From Catajapyx aquilonaris (taxonomy: Eukaryota), in the NCBI GenBank assembly GCA_000934665.2, contig KZ538849.1, positions 1 through 44,951 of the forward strand: a DNA stretch of 44,951 bases, written 5' to 3'. Positions 25,101 to 32,998 of the stretch are shown here, in pieces. Each line of letters opens with the position of its first letter. Position 1 is the stretch's first letter. Both the position numbers and the translations under genes were made by a program. The notes under the pieces are model-generated. The model saw only the letters and a list, made by a program, of their open reading frames with translations. It made no database searches and was not told the origin of the DNA.

Positions 25101-28100
25101 GCATTCTGACTCAGGATACATATTGTTGGGATAGCTTGTAGCCCAAGGAGACATAATGTCTGGATCGTTTGTTGCCTCAGGGGACACACGGACTGGATCG
25201 CTTGTTGCCTCAGGGGACACACTGGCTGGATCGCTTGATGCCTCAGGGGACACACTGTCCGGAAAGCTTTCTGACTCAGGATACATATTGTTGGGATAGC
25301 TTGTAGCCCAAGGAGACATAATGTCTGGATCGTTTGTTGCCTCAGGGGTCATGTCACCTGGATCGCTTGTTGCCTCAGGGGACACACTGACTGGATCGCT
25401 TGTTGCCTCAGGGGACACACTGACTGGATCGCTTGTTGCCTCAGGGGACACACTGACTGGATCGCTTGTGGCCTCAGGGGACATATTGTCTGGATCGCTT
25501 ATTGCTGGCTCTAAAGGCATACAGTCTGGATGGCTTGCTGCCTCAGCATACATACTGTGTGGATAGAATGGTGGTGCATCAGGGGACATAGTATGGGTAG
25601 CTTGTTGCTGCAGGGGATATATTGTCTGGGTTTCTTGTTGCCCCAGGGATGGCTGGATCGCTTGTTGCCCCACGGGATACACTGTCTGGATCGCTTGTTG
25701 CCCCACAAGATAAATTGGCTGGGTTGCTAGTTGCCACATAGGATACATTGTCTGGGTTGCTTGTTGCCCCATGGGATATATTGCCTGGATGGCTGGTTGC
25801 CCCAGGATATACATTGTTTGGATCACTGGTTGCCCCATGGGATACATTGTCTGAATCACTGGTTGCCCCAGGGGATACATTGTCTGAATCACTGGTTGCC
25901 CCAGGGGATACATTGTCTGGATCGCTGGTTGCCCCAGGATATACATTGTCTGGGTTGCTTGTTGCCCCAGGGGATACATACTGTCTGGATAGATTGTTGC
26001 CTCAAGGGGCATACTGGCTGGATGGCTTGTCACCTCATGGGACATTTCATCTGCTTCATGTGGTATTTCGCCATGACCACGTCGATTGACTCGGCGACCA
26101 CCTGATATGGGTAGTGATACACGCTTCCTCTTTTTGCCCACATTCTTTGTGATATCTGTTTTAAACATATCAAAATACAATAAAATGTTAATAATACTAT
26201 TACCTTCCAGTCTATTGCCAAGTTTCATGGGGAAACGATTTCTTTAGGCAAAGAAAATTAACTAGTTACCCCCAGATGAATATTGTACCCACAGTAATCT
26301 TATCACATTCCAAGACATATAGGGGCCATTTACACAGCATTGAGGAACTCGGATCCATATTCCACTATACCAGTCGTCCAATATTATATTTTGATTGCCA
26401 CTTTCTGACCACTGTATTGCCAATAACAGATTGTCGATAATCTGGTTTTATGTCAACATGGATGAATGCTGTTGGTTATGTTGCCATCTTTTTTGATGCC
26501 AACATTTATTCAATTTGATATTTTGTCACATAATCATATCTGGATTGGGAATAGTGGACCTGTTATGGTTCCTTGGTTCCATGTAAATGACATTGTATAT
26601 CTTGCAGGTAAAGGTGGGAATTGTTACAAATGTCCCTCATTATACTTGTAACTCCATGTTTCAAAATATTACCAAGGCAATAACTTACTGAGAGAGTCAT
26701 CTCTTGAGACCACAATAGTAACCGTCTCTCCTCTTACTCAGGCACACACCTGATTCCGGTTTATACTTCGTTGATTTCACAGCAGAGAAAATCACATATG
26801 GGTCATTCCATGTCAGTTCATCCAGCCATGTCACCCACCATCTCAGATTTTCTTGAAATTTTAACTGGGCAAACTGTGTACTGAGAAACTAATATCCTGA
26901 AAATTTTAGCCTCCTAGCTCTTATAGTTCTTGAGCTATGGCCAGGCAAATGAGGGTGCAAATGGCTACGGCAGAGTTGTGAAGGCACGACTTGTTTTTCA
27001 AAATATTTTATTGTGTGTTAACTAATTGGTGTAGAAAGTTGAAAATATTTGTACTTATGCACATAAACCTTCCGATTCCAAAAACGCTGTCAGATTTGTG
27101 CTGAGATCATATCTTCACACATTAATCAATAACATTATTTGTTGGCATGACCTTGAAACTTTCACAGCTCATTCCCAAAATGTGTATCCTCCAATTTTCA
27201 TGCAATTGCACCAAAAGAAAGGTCTTGAAGTCTACTTTCAGGAGGTGTAAAAATTTGTCTGTGTATTTTGGTTTTTCACCTTGATAATGGCACATTAACA
27301 CAAAGTTTCAATCAACAAGACTGTTCTCTTGACACACTCCTTCAGATTGCTATATAATTACTCCAGTATCTGGACATGATAATTTGAGTCTCATTCGTTG
27401 GCCTAAAGAGGACACAATTACATTTTACAGTGTCTATTTGGCAACACCCCACTTATACAAGTGGCAACACAGTTCCTAACTATAGCAGCACGGTGTGAAA
27501 CTGGCAACATGTTGGCAGGTGAATCACTCACTCTAGATCCAAAGTTCATCATTGTGCACCTGCACATTCAAAATGGCCAGTTCACATTGTTCAGTTGGCC
27601 TATTAGTGAATGATCCCTGCCATAAAACCAGTTATACCAGTGTTCTGGGGAAAAAAGTGTGTCAGAACTAAGCATGAGGAAAACCAGGAGAGTCTTGCAT
27701 TGCGAATTGGAGTACCAAAGAGCAATTTGGTCACCCTTTGCCTGCACCATGCAAGTGAACTCTTTTGTTGCATGTGTTTACGATCACCATTGGTATCTTG
27801 GGGTTGTGGATGAAATGGGAAAACATGACTTTGATGGTGATGTATATGTGAAATTTATGCATCCACATGGCCCAGCAAGATCCTACTATTGGCCAAATCC
27901 TGATGATAAGTGCTGGGTTCCAGTGCTATGTGTGGTAGGAATGCCTACTACTGCAACTGGAAGGCAATACCAACTGTCACGGGTGTCATCCAAGGACACT
28001 GAAGCTGCTTGGTGTAGTTTCACGAAAAAGGAAAGTGACTTATAACATGTAAGTTGAAATAAGTTTTGCTTTGGTGTTGTGTCTTTACAAAAATAATTAT

Positions 28101-31100
28101 ACCTACCTGGAAAATTTCATTTTTGAACACGCTTAAGTACACTTTTTCATGGTGCAGGCAAAAGGTGACCAAATTGCTCTTTGGTACTCCAATTCGCAAT
28201 GCAAGAATCTCCTGGTTTTCCTCACTTAGTTCTGACACACTTTTTTCCCCAACAACACTGGTATAACTGGTTTTATGGCAGGGATCATTCACTAATAGGC
28301 CAACTGAACAATGTGAACTGGCCATTTTGAATGTGCAGGTGCACAATGATGAACTTTGGATCTAGAGTTAGTGATTCACCTGCCCACATGTTGCCAGTTT
28401 CACACCATGCTGCTATAGATAGGAACTGTGTTGCCACTTGTATAAGTGGGGTGTTGCCAAATAGACACTGTAAAATGTAATTGTGTCCTCTTTAGGCCAA
28501 CGAATGAGACTCAAATTATCATGTCCAGATACTGGAGTAATTATATAGCAATCTGAAGGAGTGTGTCAAAGAACAGTCTTGTTGATTGACACTTTGTGTT
28601 AATGTACCATTATCAAGGTGAAAAACCAAAATACACAGACAAATTTTTACACCTCCTGAAAGTAGACTTCAAGACCTTTCTTTTGGTGCAATTTCATTAA
28701 AATTGGAGGATACACATTTTGGGAATGAGCTGTGAAAGTTTCAAGGTCATGCCAACAAATGTTATTGATTAATGTGTGAAGATATGATCTCAGCACAAAT
28801 CTGACAGCGTTTTTGGAATCGGAAGGTTTATGTGCATAAGTACAAATATTTTCAACTTTCTACACCAATTAGTTAACACACAATAAAATATTTTGAAAAA
28901 CAAGTCGTGCCTTCACAACTCTGCCGTAGCCATTTGCACCCTCATTTGCCTGGCCATAGCTCAAGAACTATAAGAGCTAGGAGGCTAAAATTTTCAGGAT
29001 ATCAGTTTCTCAGTACACAGTTTGCCCAGATAAAATTTCAAGAAAATCTGAGATGGTGGGTGACATGGCTGGATGAACTGACATGGAATGACCCATATTT
29101 CATTACACAGCCCACCAAATGAACAGTGTTCCTCATAATGTATATAACAGTATCTACCTCTAATAATGGTAAATTATTCCAAAAATTAAACTTAAAAATA
29201 AAATAATCATTGTTCAACCTGCTGTGACCATTAATATTGCATTAGTCCACAAATTCCATATTAGATACTACTTTTCATTTAAATTAGGCTACACCACTTA
29301 CAAAGACCAATGCAAAAAAAACACACACACACACACACTCACGTGATAAAGTGCTATCCTTGTGAGGGTCTGGCAAAAATAAAAATTTAAAACTAACCTA
29401 ACCTAACCTAACCTAACCTACAAAATACACACGAAATTTTGGTGACCTATTTTTTCACAGTAAAAAGGAGGTCTTGGCTTGATTTTCCGCCATCCTTGTG
29501 AGGACTGTATACATTATGAGGGCCTGAAAAAAGTCCTCGTAAGATTTTCGGTCCTCACAAGGATAGGAAACTTGCGAAAAATATCCTCACAAGGATAGCA
29601 ATGTCTGATCACACATACACACACCCATTAGCACAATATTATTCTAGGGGAATGTGTGATTGGGAACTAATATGGTCCTATATGCAGCCAGTTATCTGAT
29701 ACAGCTTATTGTTAGTTTGATTAACAGGTCACTCTAGGTCATTGACGTGTCTCAGGTCACTTTCAGAAAACAGACTCACTTGCACTATTGACACTGTTGA
29801 CCTTACTAACAGTCAGTACTATGTATTACAGGATAATGACAGTGTGTCGACTTTTTTAAAGCAAGTGGGAAACTAGAACAGATGACTTGTGAGTCACAGT
29901 AAAATAAATTGTGCCCTTTGCATCTAATAACAGATTGATCCTGACCATAATATAACGGGTCATCGAGCATTACTTATGTCCATTGCCATACACAATTTAA
30001 TTTACATATTTCAAGAGAGCTGGACAAAATAATGGATAAAAATCCAACGTTGTGATGATGAGCATTTACTTGACATCCACTGTACCCTGGACAATCAAAT
30101 CATTGACTGGTCATTCAAGTGTAACTGGGGAAAGCAACTAATCAATAAGCAACATTATTATATGGCTATCTGGCTGTAACAAAGAGCAGTTAAGTAACTG
30201 GGAGTGAAAGGGCGAGTGAGTGAAAGAGAGGTGTTAACTCTCTTTGTATCTGCTGCCTCCCACCACACAACAACGCCCCTTTGTTACTGGCATGGTACAC
30301 TGACTAGTCTTCCCCAACACAACAGCTGGACGACTGTCCAACTCCACTTGCCCAATGCCCCAACCCTGCTCACTTCCAACAATGCCAGCAATGCAAAGTG
30401 AGCGGCAATGAAACGCCTGCCACGCCAACAATACCCTTTCCCTGTTCGAATCCATGCAAGCCGGCACAACCAGACACGACCCTCCCTGGTGAGACCCTCC
30501 CCAGAGCCCAGACAAGGAACACGACCCTAATTCGCACTTACCTGCTGCTGGGGCTGTCTCAGAGGCGTTGAGGAAGGCCCTCGGGCCGCCCTGAACACAA
30601 TTTTCCCGTTTTTCTCACCGCAAAACCGCTCTAGAACACAGCCGAACAGGAGAGGGGATGATGAGGGAAAAGGGGGAGGGAAGGGGAGGGATGGCGTCCC
30701 AACCGACACGGCGGGCGGATGGATACGGTCGGAAGCGATCCCGCGCGAAATGAGATCTGCCCGCCCACTCCCGCCTTCTTCCCAATACAACACCCAACAA
30801 CTAGGCAACACTGATGCATACGTACGTGGGACATGGAGCCTGATCGTGCACCTGGACAATTACTGTACTGTGTATTTTATTCAGTGGAGGGAAAATACTG
30901 CGGGGGACTATATACCGCAGCGGAGGCGCCATTGATGGCTTGGGGCTCTTTTTCCATACAGATATTATGGGTACGACGCGACGTCTGCTATTTGCGGAAT
31001 GGACGCCGCCATTTTTAGTCAGGCGATTCGAATGATTCAAACGACGATGCCGGAAGAGCCTCAATAAATAAGCCTTAATGCCTTACACATATATTTAATA

Positions 31101-31304
31101 ACATATTTTATTATCATGACTTAATATTCCCATGCTATCCATTGTGCTTATATGCTTCATTGTGCATACATGAGCATGACACGGCACCAATTAACTATTA
31201 AGGCATTCGCTGGCTTTCATTTTAGAGGTGCATATCTGAAGCCGTCCTTGTTATGGCCTGAGATTACCCTCGAAGCTAAAATATTAAATGATAACACAAA
31301 GAAA

Positions 31305-31376
<72 letters not shown>

Positions 31377-31537
31377 GTATGGATCCGACTTCATATACTG
31401 CATCAGTATAGCTTACCCTTTGTCATCCAGCAATTGAGTTTTCGCTGTCTTACTTCTTGACGTGTATAAGCGTCGCCACATTCTTTGAATCTATGCTCGA
31501 GATTGTCAATGTCATGATTAGCGTCATCAGCGACCAC
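6954..31537 (-). CDS. SA: Divergent cohesin subunit SA/STAG (stromalin) paralog, multi-exon gene, about 1500 aa; 5' end uncertain
   Basis: Hand-spliced chain of 19 exons, frame-consistent throughout, GT-AG except one GC-AG: 31537-31417, 26155-24690, 24608-24435, 21039-20838, 20442-20081, 16845-16697, 16537-16318, 16157-15960, 11255-10878, 10387-10229, 10122-9946, 9450-9279, 9187-9060, 8975-8814, 7995-7814, 7720-7596, 7521-7476, 7384-7322, 7071-6954 (TGA). Peptides are collinear with STAG1/2 as I recall them: PARAALKMITALV vs TLAAMKLMTALV, IRQLVIEELTEW vs IRAICIEEIGVW, VTDWKTMTTLLLED vs LKDWECMTELLLEE, HKDYDYTMKKTL vs [12 protein letters not shown]. Confidence 0.9.
7322..7384 (-). CDS. SA: SA C-terminal small exon (SNGTGIDEASSGASTSAMSD)
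   Basis: ttcag and gtaaat sites, phase 2 to 2; Ser-rich tail. Confidence 0.65.
7476..7521 (-). CDS. SA: SA C-terminal small exon (GTPSQKHSSPEHEAP)
   Basis: tacag and gtacgt sites, phase 1 to 2; no homology support. Confidence 0.6.
7596..7720 (-). CDS. SA: SA exon LKFLNHALKKK...VQTQ
   Basis: Phase-consistent (2 to 1), tgtag and gtaggg sites; end of the HEAT region. Confidence 0.8.
7814..7995 (-). CDS. SA: SA exon KLASDLAEFF...FMKNGFDYAL...IPFIDVIASM
   Basis: Matches ELARRFALTF...LHKDGIEFAF...LAFLEVLSEF. Confidence 0.88.
8037..8162. mobile_element. Second copy of the palindromic ggtggaattttc MITE
   Basis: tggaattttc...gaaaattcca termini with ttagcagta repeats. Confidence 0.6.
8469..8615. 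mobile_element. PIF/Harbinger (Tourist-like) MITE
   Basis: Perfect TIR gggccgttttctcgaacagtggttcaaatgtaaac, TTA duplication. Confidence 0.85.
8814..8975 (-). CDS. SA: SA exon VHKDYDYTMKKTL...AKSK
   Basis: Matches [32 protein letters not shown]. Confidence 0.9.
9060..9187 (-). CDS. SA: SA exon ENQLCSK...ACNLVKYGMFSEQNVAKIFQHYGQ
   Basis: Matches [24 protein letters not shown]. Confidence 0.88.
9279..9450 (-). CDS. SA: SA exon AFITTCQLVETL...CGNN
   Basis: Hand-translated; matches AFMLLCDLL...LVFNPD; tctag and gtgagg sites. Confidence 0.85.
9946..10122 (-). CDS. SA: SA exon AINHCISICYAHVSW...ELHNH
   Basis: Matches ALQCSHYSILW; atcag and gtgagt sites. Confidence 0.85.
10229..10387 (-). CDS. 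SA: SA exon EGERNCDHSDVITACKKVASLY...DYPMQ
   Basis: Hand-translated; matches [23 protein letters not shown]...WDLF; cacag and gtaaag sites. Confidence 0.85.
10878..11255 (-). CDS. SA: SA exon GASTDELD...TQHFLKELPDLI...EYHSK
   Basis: Matches TEHFIITLPMLLSKY...QYFDL...VEKHVESDVL; tccag and gtaggt sites. Confidence 0.9.
11608..12730. mobile_element. Palindromic Tc1/mariner (DD37D/maT-like) derivative with a nested SINE
   Basis: TA-cagggtcatcgaaaaagaatgtccca...tgggacattctttttcgatgaccctg-TA; arms of about 240 bp; SPDLTPIDFF on the minus strand near 11885-11915. Confidence 0.8.
12280..12682 (+). mobile_element. tRNA-derived SINE family 1, full length
   Basis: A/B boxes (gtggtgctgcgg; ggttcgatct), (ATT)n tail, TSD cgagttataggg. 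Confidence 0.9.
13524..13608. repeat. (TA)n microsatellite
   Basis: Direct observation. Confidence 0.98.
13805..14157 (-). mobile_element. tRNA-derived SINE family 2, full length
   Basis: Poly-A tail, TSD aagtactggtactct. Confidence 0.9.
14333..15320. mobile_element. Cluster of tandem and inverted pogo/Tigger-like MITE copies
   Basis: Repeated cagtgaaacctgt / acaggtttcactg termini and ggaaacttgcctattgcgga motifs in both orientations; direct repeat tatagctagatgggaagtaaaacctgtc. Confidence 0.6.
15960..16157 (-). CDS. SA: SA exon LVTYLDVIVESLL...KRWKK
   Basis: Matches HAAYLVDSLW...DWECMTELLLEE; tgtag and gtaagt sites. Confidence 0.9.
16318..16537 (-). CDS. SA: SA exon ...LVCSSKRDIFTTAGKFF...IISRK
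   Basis: Matches LVYSAHRPVAVAAGEFL; tacag and gtgagc sites. Confidence 0.9.
16697..16845 (-). CDS. SA: SA exon SLGVLFASPNVIPYLKKRTSIYEAHVISLTKN...EIF
   Basis: Not in the ORF track; translated by hand; matches [32 protein letters not shown]; tgcag and gtgagg sites. Confidence 0.88.
17258..17269. other. Assembly gap (N run within poly-G)
   Basis: 12 Ns. Confidence 0.99.
17568..17840 (+). mobile_element. tRNA-derived SINE family 1, 3'-truncated
   Basis: Homologous to the 12280 copy. Confidence 0.85.
18230..18830 (-). pseudogene. Decayed mariner transposase N-terminal (HTH) fragment interrupted by a SINE
   Basis: After removing the SINE it reads MPKDSHKETLGNYTQSYSTLKKSAALF*EVGESLEDDPHS/GRPSATVPLENINAI, like mariner SYSTVKKW...ESLEDDPRSGRP. 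Confidence 0.65.
18343..18694 (-). mobile_element. tRNA-derived SINE family 2
   Basis: TSD cttctcagaata; inserted in the mariner remnant. Confidence 0.9.
19491..20038. mobile_element. pogo/Tigger-like MITE
   Basis: TA-cagtgggacc...ggtcgcactg-TA with degenerate subterminal ggccaataaa motifs. Confidence 0.5.
20081..20442 (-). CDS. SA: SA exon spanning the STAG/SCD region ALKMITALV...VVHKMLQ
   Basis: Gapless match to the stromalin conserved domain; tgcag and gtgatg sites. Confidence 0.92.
20838..21039 (-). CDS. SA: SA exon GKPQNFFMTRN...EEYREVPARA
   Basis: Matches STAG [48 protein letters not shown]; canonical sites. Confidence 0.9.
21495..21734. mobile_element. hAT MITE, same family as 5975-6185, opposite orientation
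   Basis: cagtggttcccaac...gttgggaaacactg; shared internal sequence (tttatgatagtcaagtaacctg); degenerate 8-bp TSD. Confidence 0.85.
21822..22200 (+). mobile_element. tRNA-derived SINE family 1
   Basis: Homologous body, (ATT)n tail; TSD taacgtaaatgg repeated at 22551. Confidence 0.85.
22203..22480 (+). mobile_element. tRNA-derived SINE family 3, inserted in the tail of a family 1 SINE
   Basis: tggcatagtgg A box, ggttcgaatccc B box; flanked by ttattatcatcatta. Confidence 0.85.
22852..23138 (-). mobile_element. tRNA-derived SINE family 3
   Basis: Reverse copy of 22203-22480; TSD ccatgtgaaggt. Confidence 0.85.
24435..24608 (-). CDS. SA: SA exon EIVQCWYDKYQHDKNVSTLRLMQLVIHMIG...
   Basis: Matches STAG [29 protein letters not shown]; tgtag and gtatta splice sites. 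Confidence 0.88.
24690..26155 (-). CDS. SA: SA gene large exon: basic NLS-like segment, tandem-repeat extension and start of the STAG domain
   Basis: Within ORF 24678-26228; aaacag acceptor; ends VMYKLAQRNANME at a GC donor (GAG|gcaagg), matching STAG LFEVVKLGKSAMQ. Confidence 0.8.
24855..26045 (-). repeat. Coding 33-nt tandem repeat array (about 36 units)
   Basis: Consensus on the minus strand roughly tcccctgaggcaacaagcgatccagacagtatg; encodes VSPEATSDPVS or MYPLGQQATQT depending on frame. Confidence 0.95.
26800..29094. mobile_element. Sola2-like DNA transposon derivative with about 950-bp near-perfect inverted arms
   Basis: GGGTCATTCC...GGAATGACCC termini, ATAT on both sides; arms 26800-27751 and 28148-29094. 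The spacer encodes FVACVYDHHWYLG...VKFMHPHGPARSYYWP...PTTATGRQY, a domain I recall from transposase C-termini. Confidence 0.8.
29321..29625. mobile_element. (CA)n-flanked MITE with internal (AACCT)n repeat
   Basis: Inverted tgctatccttgtgagg / cctcacaaggatagca ends, CA microsatellite on both sides, TTAGG-type repeat at about 29393-29420. Confidence 0.65.
30542..31020 (-). promoter_or_regulatory. CpG-rich segment ending in a perfect CAG|GTAAGT donor: candidate promoter or alternative non-coding first exon
   Basis: Locally high CpG content, GCCGCCATTTT (YY1/Pho-like) near 31005, donor at 30542/30541. Could instead be a retroelement 5' region. Confidence 0.35.
31305..31375. repeat. (ATT)n microsatellite
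   Basis: Direct observation. Confidence 0.98.
31417..31537 (-). CDS. SA: Probable 5' exon of the SA gene (VVADDAN...WMTK, ends phase 1)
   Basis: ctcttgtag acceptor, G|gtaagc donor, open frame joining in phase to the 26155 acceptor; in-frame ATG at 31426. No homology support. Confidence 0.55.
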
Positions 31538-32894
31538 CTACAAGAGAGCATAAAATAACGTCAAGGCTCATGTTTGGTGCTGCAGTAGCCTACACAATAC
31601 GAACTTGATATGCGCACTCCTCGCATTTAAACACGGAGACACCTTCGAAATTGTATAGTCTATTCATACAGTATAGGCTAAGTCAGAGGCTAAGTATCTT
31701 CTCTCCGCCCCTGGGTTCGAACTATGTGTATTGTGTTGCTGGCTAGGTGGAAGCCTATGGTAGTGGGGACCACGTGTGTGGTTCCAGCATTTATCCTCTT
31801 TTGGAAATTGTCCCTGTTCTTGTGCGCCATCTGGTGGCTGTAATACTGTATAAAAGGAAGGGGGCTTCGGCCCTCAAGAGACTCTCTCTCCTGTATCACT
31901 CCAGCAATACACTGTTTTAACCTCCTACCGGTCTCTTATTCCCACACCCTGCGACCTAGGTAGGTCAGGGGTCAGGTCAAGGGTCCTGACATGGTGCTAA
32001 TCACTATACCACCGGAAAGCACTGGAATAATAAGTTGGACTTTATTTGTCAATAACCAATGGATATTAAATGCCTCAGCGGCCTCACTTAGATTAATGAG
32101 GATATATCAACTTTAAGCCAGTATTATTCCAAAAGGCCCATATACGATATACCGTATAAAAGGAATAAACAACTTGCCGAGTTGGTGCGGCCAAATATAG
32201 GCATCCGAACAGGCGCTGTTTCACCACAGCAGTAATGATTATATTTTTTGTATCAGTGAAAATATTGTGAAAATTCGTGTATCAAATCCTGAGCCCTTGA
32301 GTTGGACAGAAGAAGCAAAAACTCGCTCCTTGCACACACCCCTTACTTTCTTTACTCTCCCACACTTTTATCCTTTTTTCCCTCAACAGGACGGTGTGCA
32401 GCATGCAAAGCAGTAGCCGATACAAACGAAGGGCTTGGGAGAAGAACATGACGTGCTAAAAGTTCTCGGCTTGAATATTTTCGCGGAAAACAAATGAAGC
32501 ACAGGAGGTGTCCTCATGTGGGCAGGTGTGGAGTACCTTCATGAGTATTCGTGAATACTTTCTCGCCTGGCGCGCCTGAAGAGAAGAGAGCACCAGACGC
32601 TATCAGTCAGCCAGTGAGCCCATTGCCGCATCCCGGTTAACACGTTTTACTCCCAAGACGTTCAATTCGCGCCAAAGCTAGGCCTACCTATCGACGGAGC
32701 TGGAAGTCTCGCAGGACATTCTGGACTCCTCAAACGGTGACCCCGACCTCCTGAACAGTGAATACTCGCTGTGATGACTGGTGACGATGAGTCCTGGGTC
32801 GTACCCTGTTCAAGTCTTTCCGTCATTTTCGCGGAAATGAAAATTCAACGGGCGCCAATTACCCTCGGTCACTCACACGCTAACTGCCTGCGTT

Positions 32895-32995
32895 TTTCTC
32901 ATGACCCCAAGAGCTATGCCGGCGGTAGCTTCGTCTACTGGTAGGACCACCCAAGCCGGACATCAGGTCTTTGGGATAGGAGACAGACTAAGAGA
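32895..32995 (+). mobile_element. RTE-like LINE 5' UTR remnant, interrupted by the LTR pair
   Basis: gagctatgccggcggtag...ctggtaggaccacccaagccggaca...cagactaagag resembles RTE 5' UTRs as I recall them. Confidence 0.4.
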
Positions 32996-32998
32996 TAT

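Noticed and set aside
24855..26045. Regularly spaced ~33-nt repeats resembling a CRISPR array
   Set aside because: Tandem units without unique spacers, inside a eukaryotic coding exon; no cas genes.
24708..26105. Several plus-strand ORFs over the repeat array
   Set aside because: Antisense shadows of a stop-poor tandem repeat.
29393..29420. Telomere or chromosome-fusion relic
   Set aside because: Only about 5 units, embedded in a MITE-like element.
31700..31996. Possible solo LTR (TATAAAA at about 31849, ends ...tgaca followed by tggtgc)
   Set aside because: No second copy, clear 5' boundary or TSD in the window.
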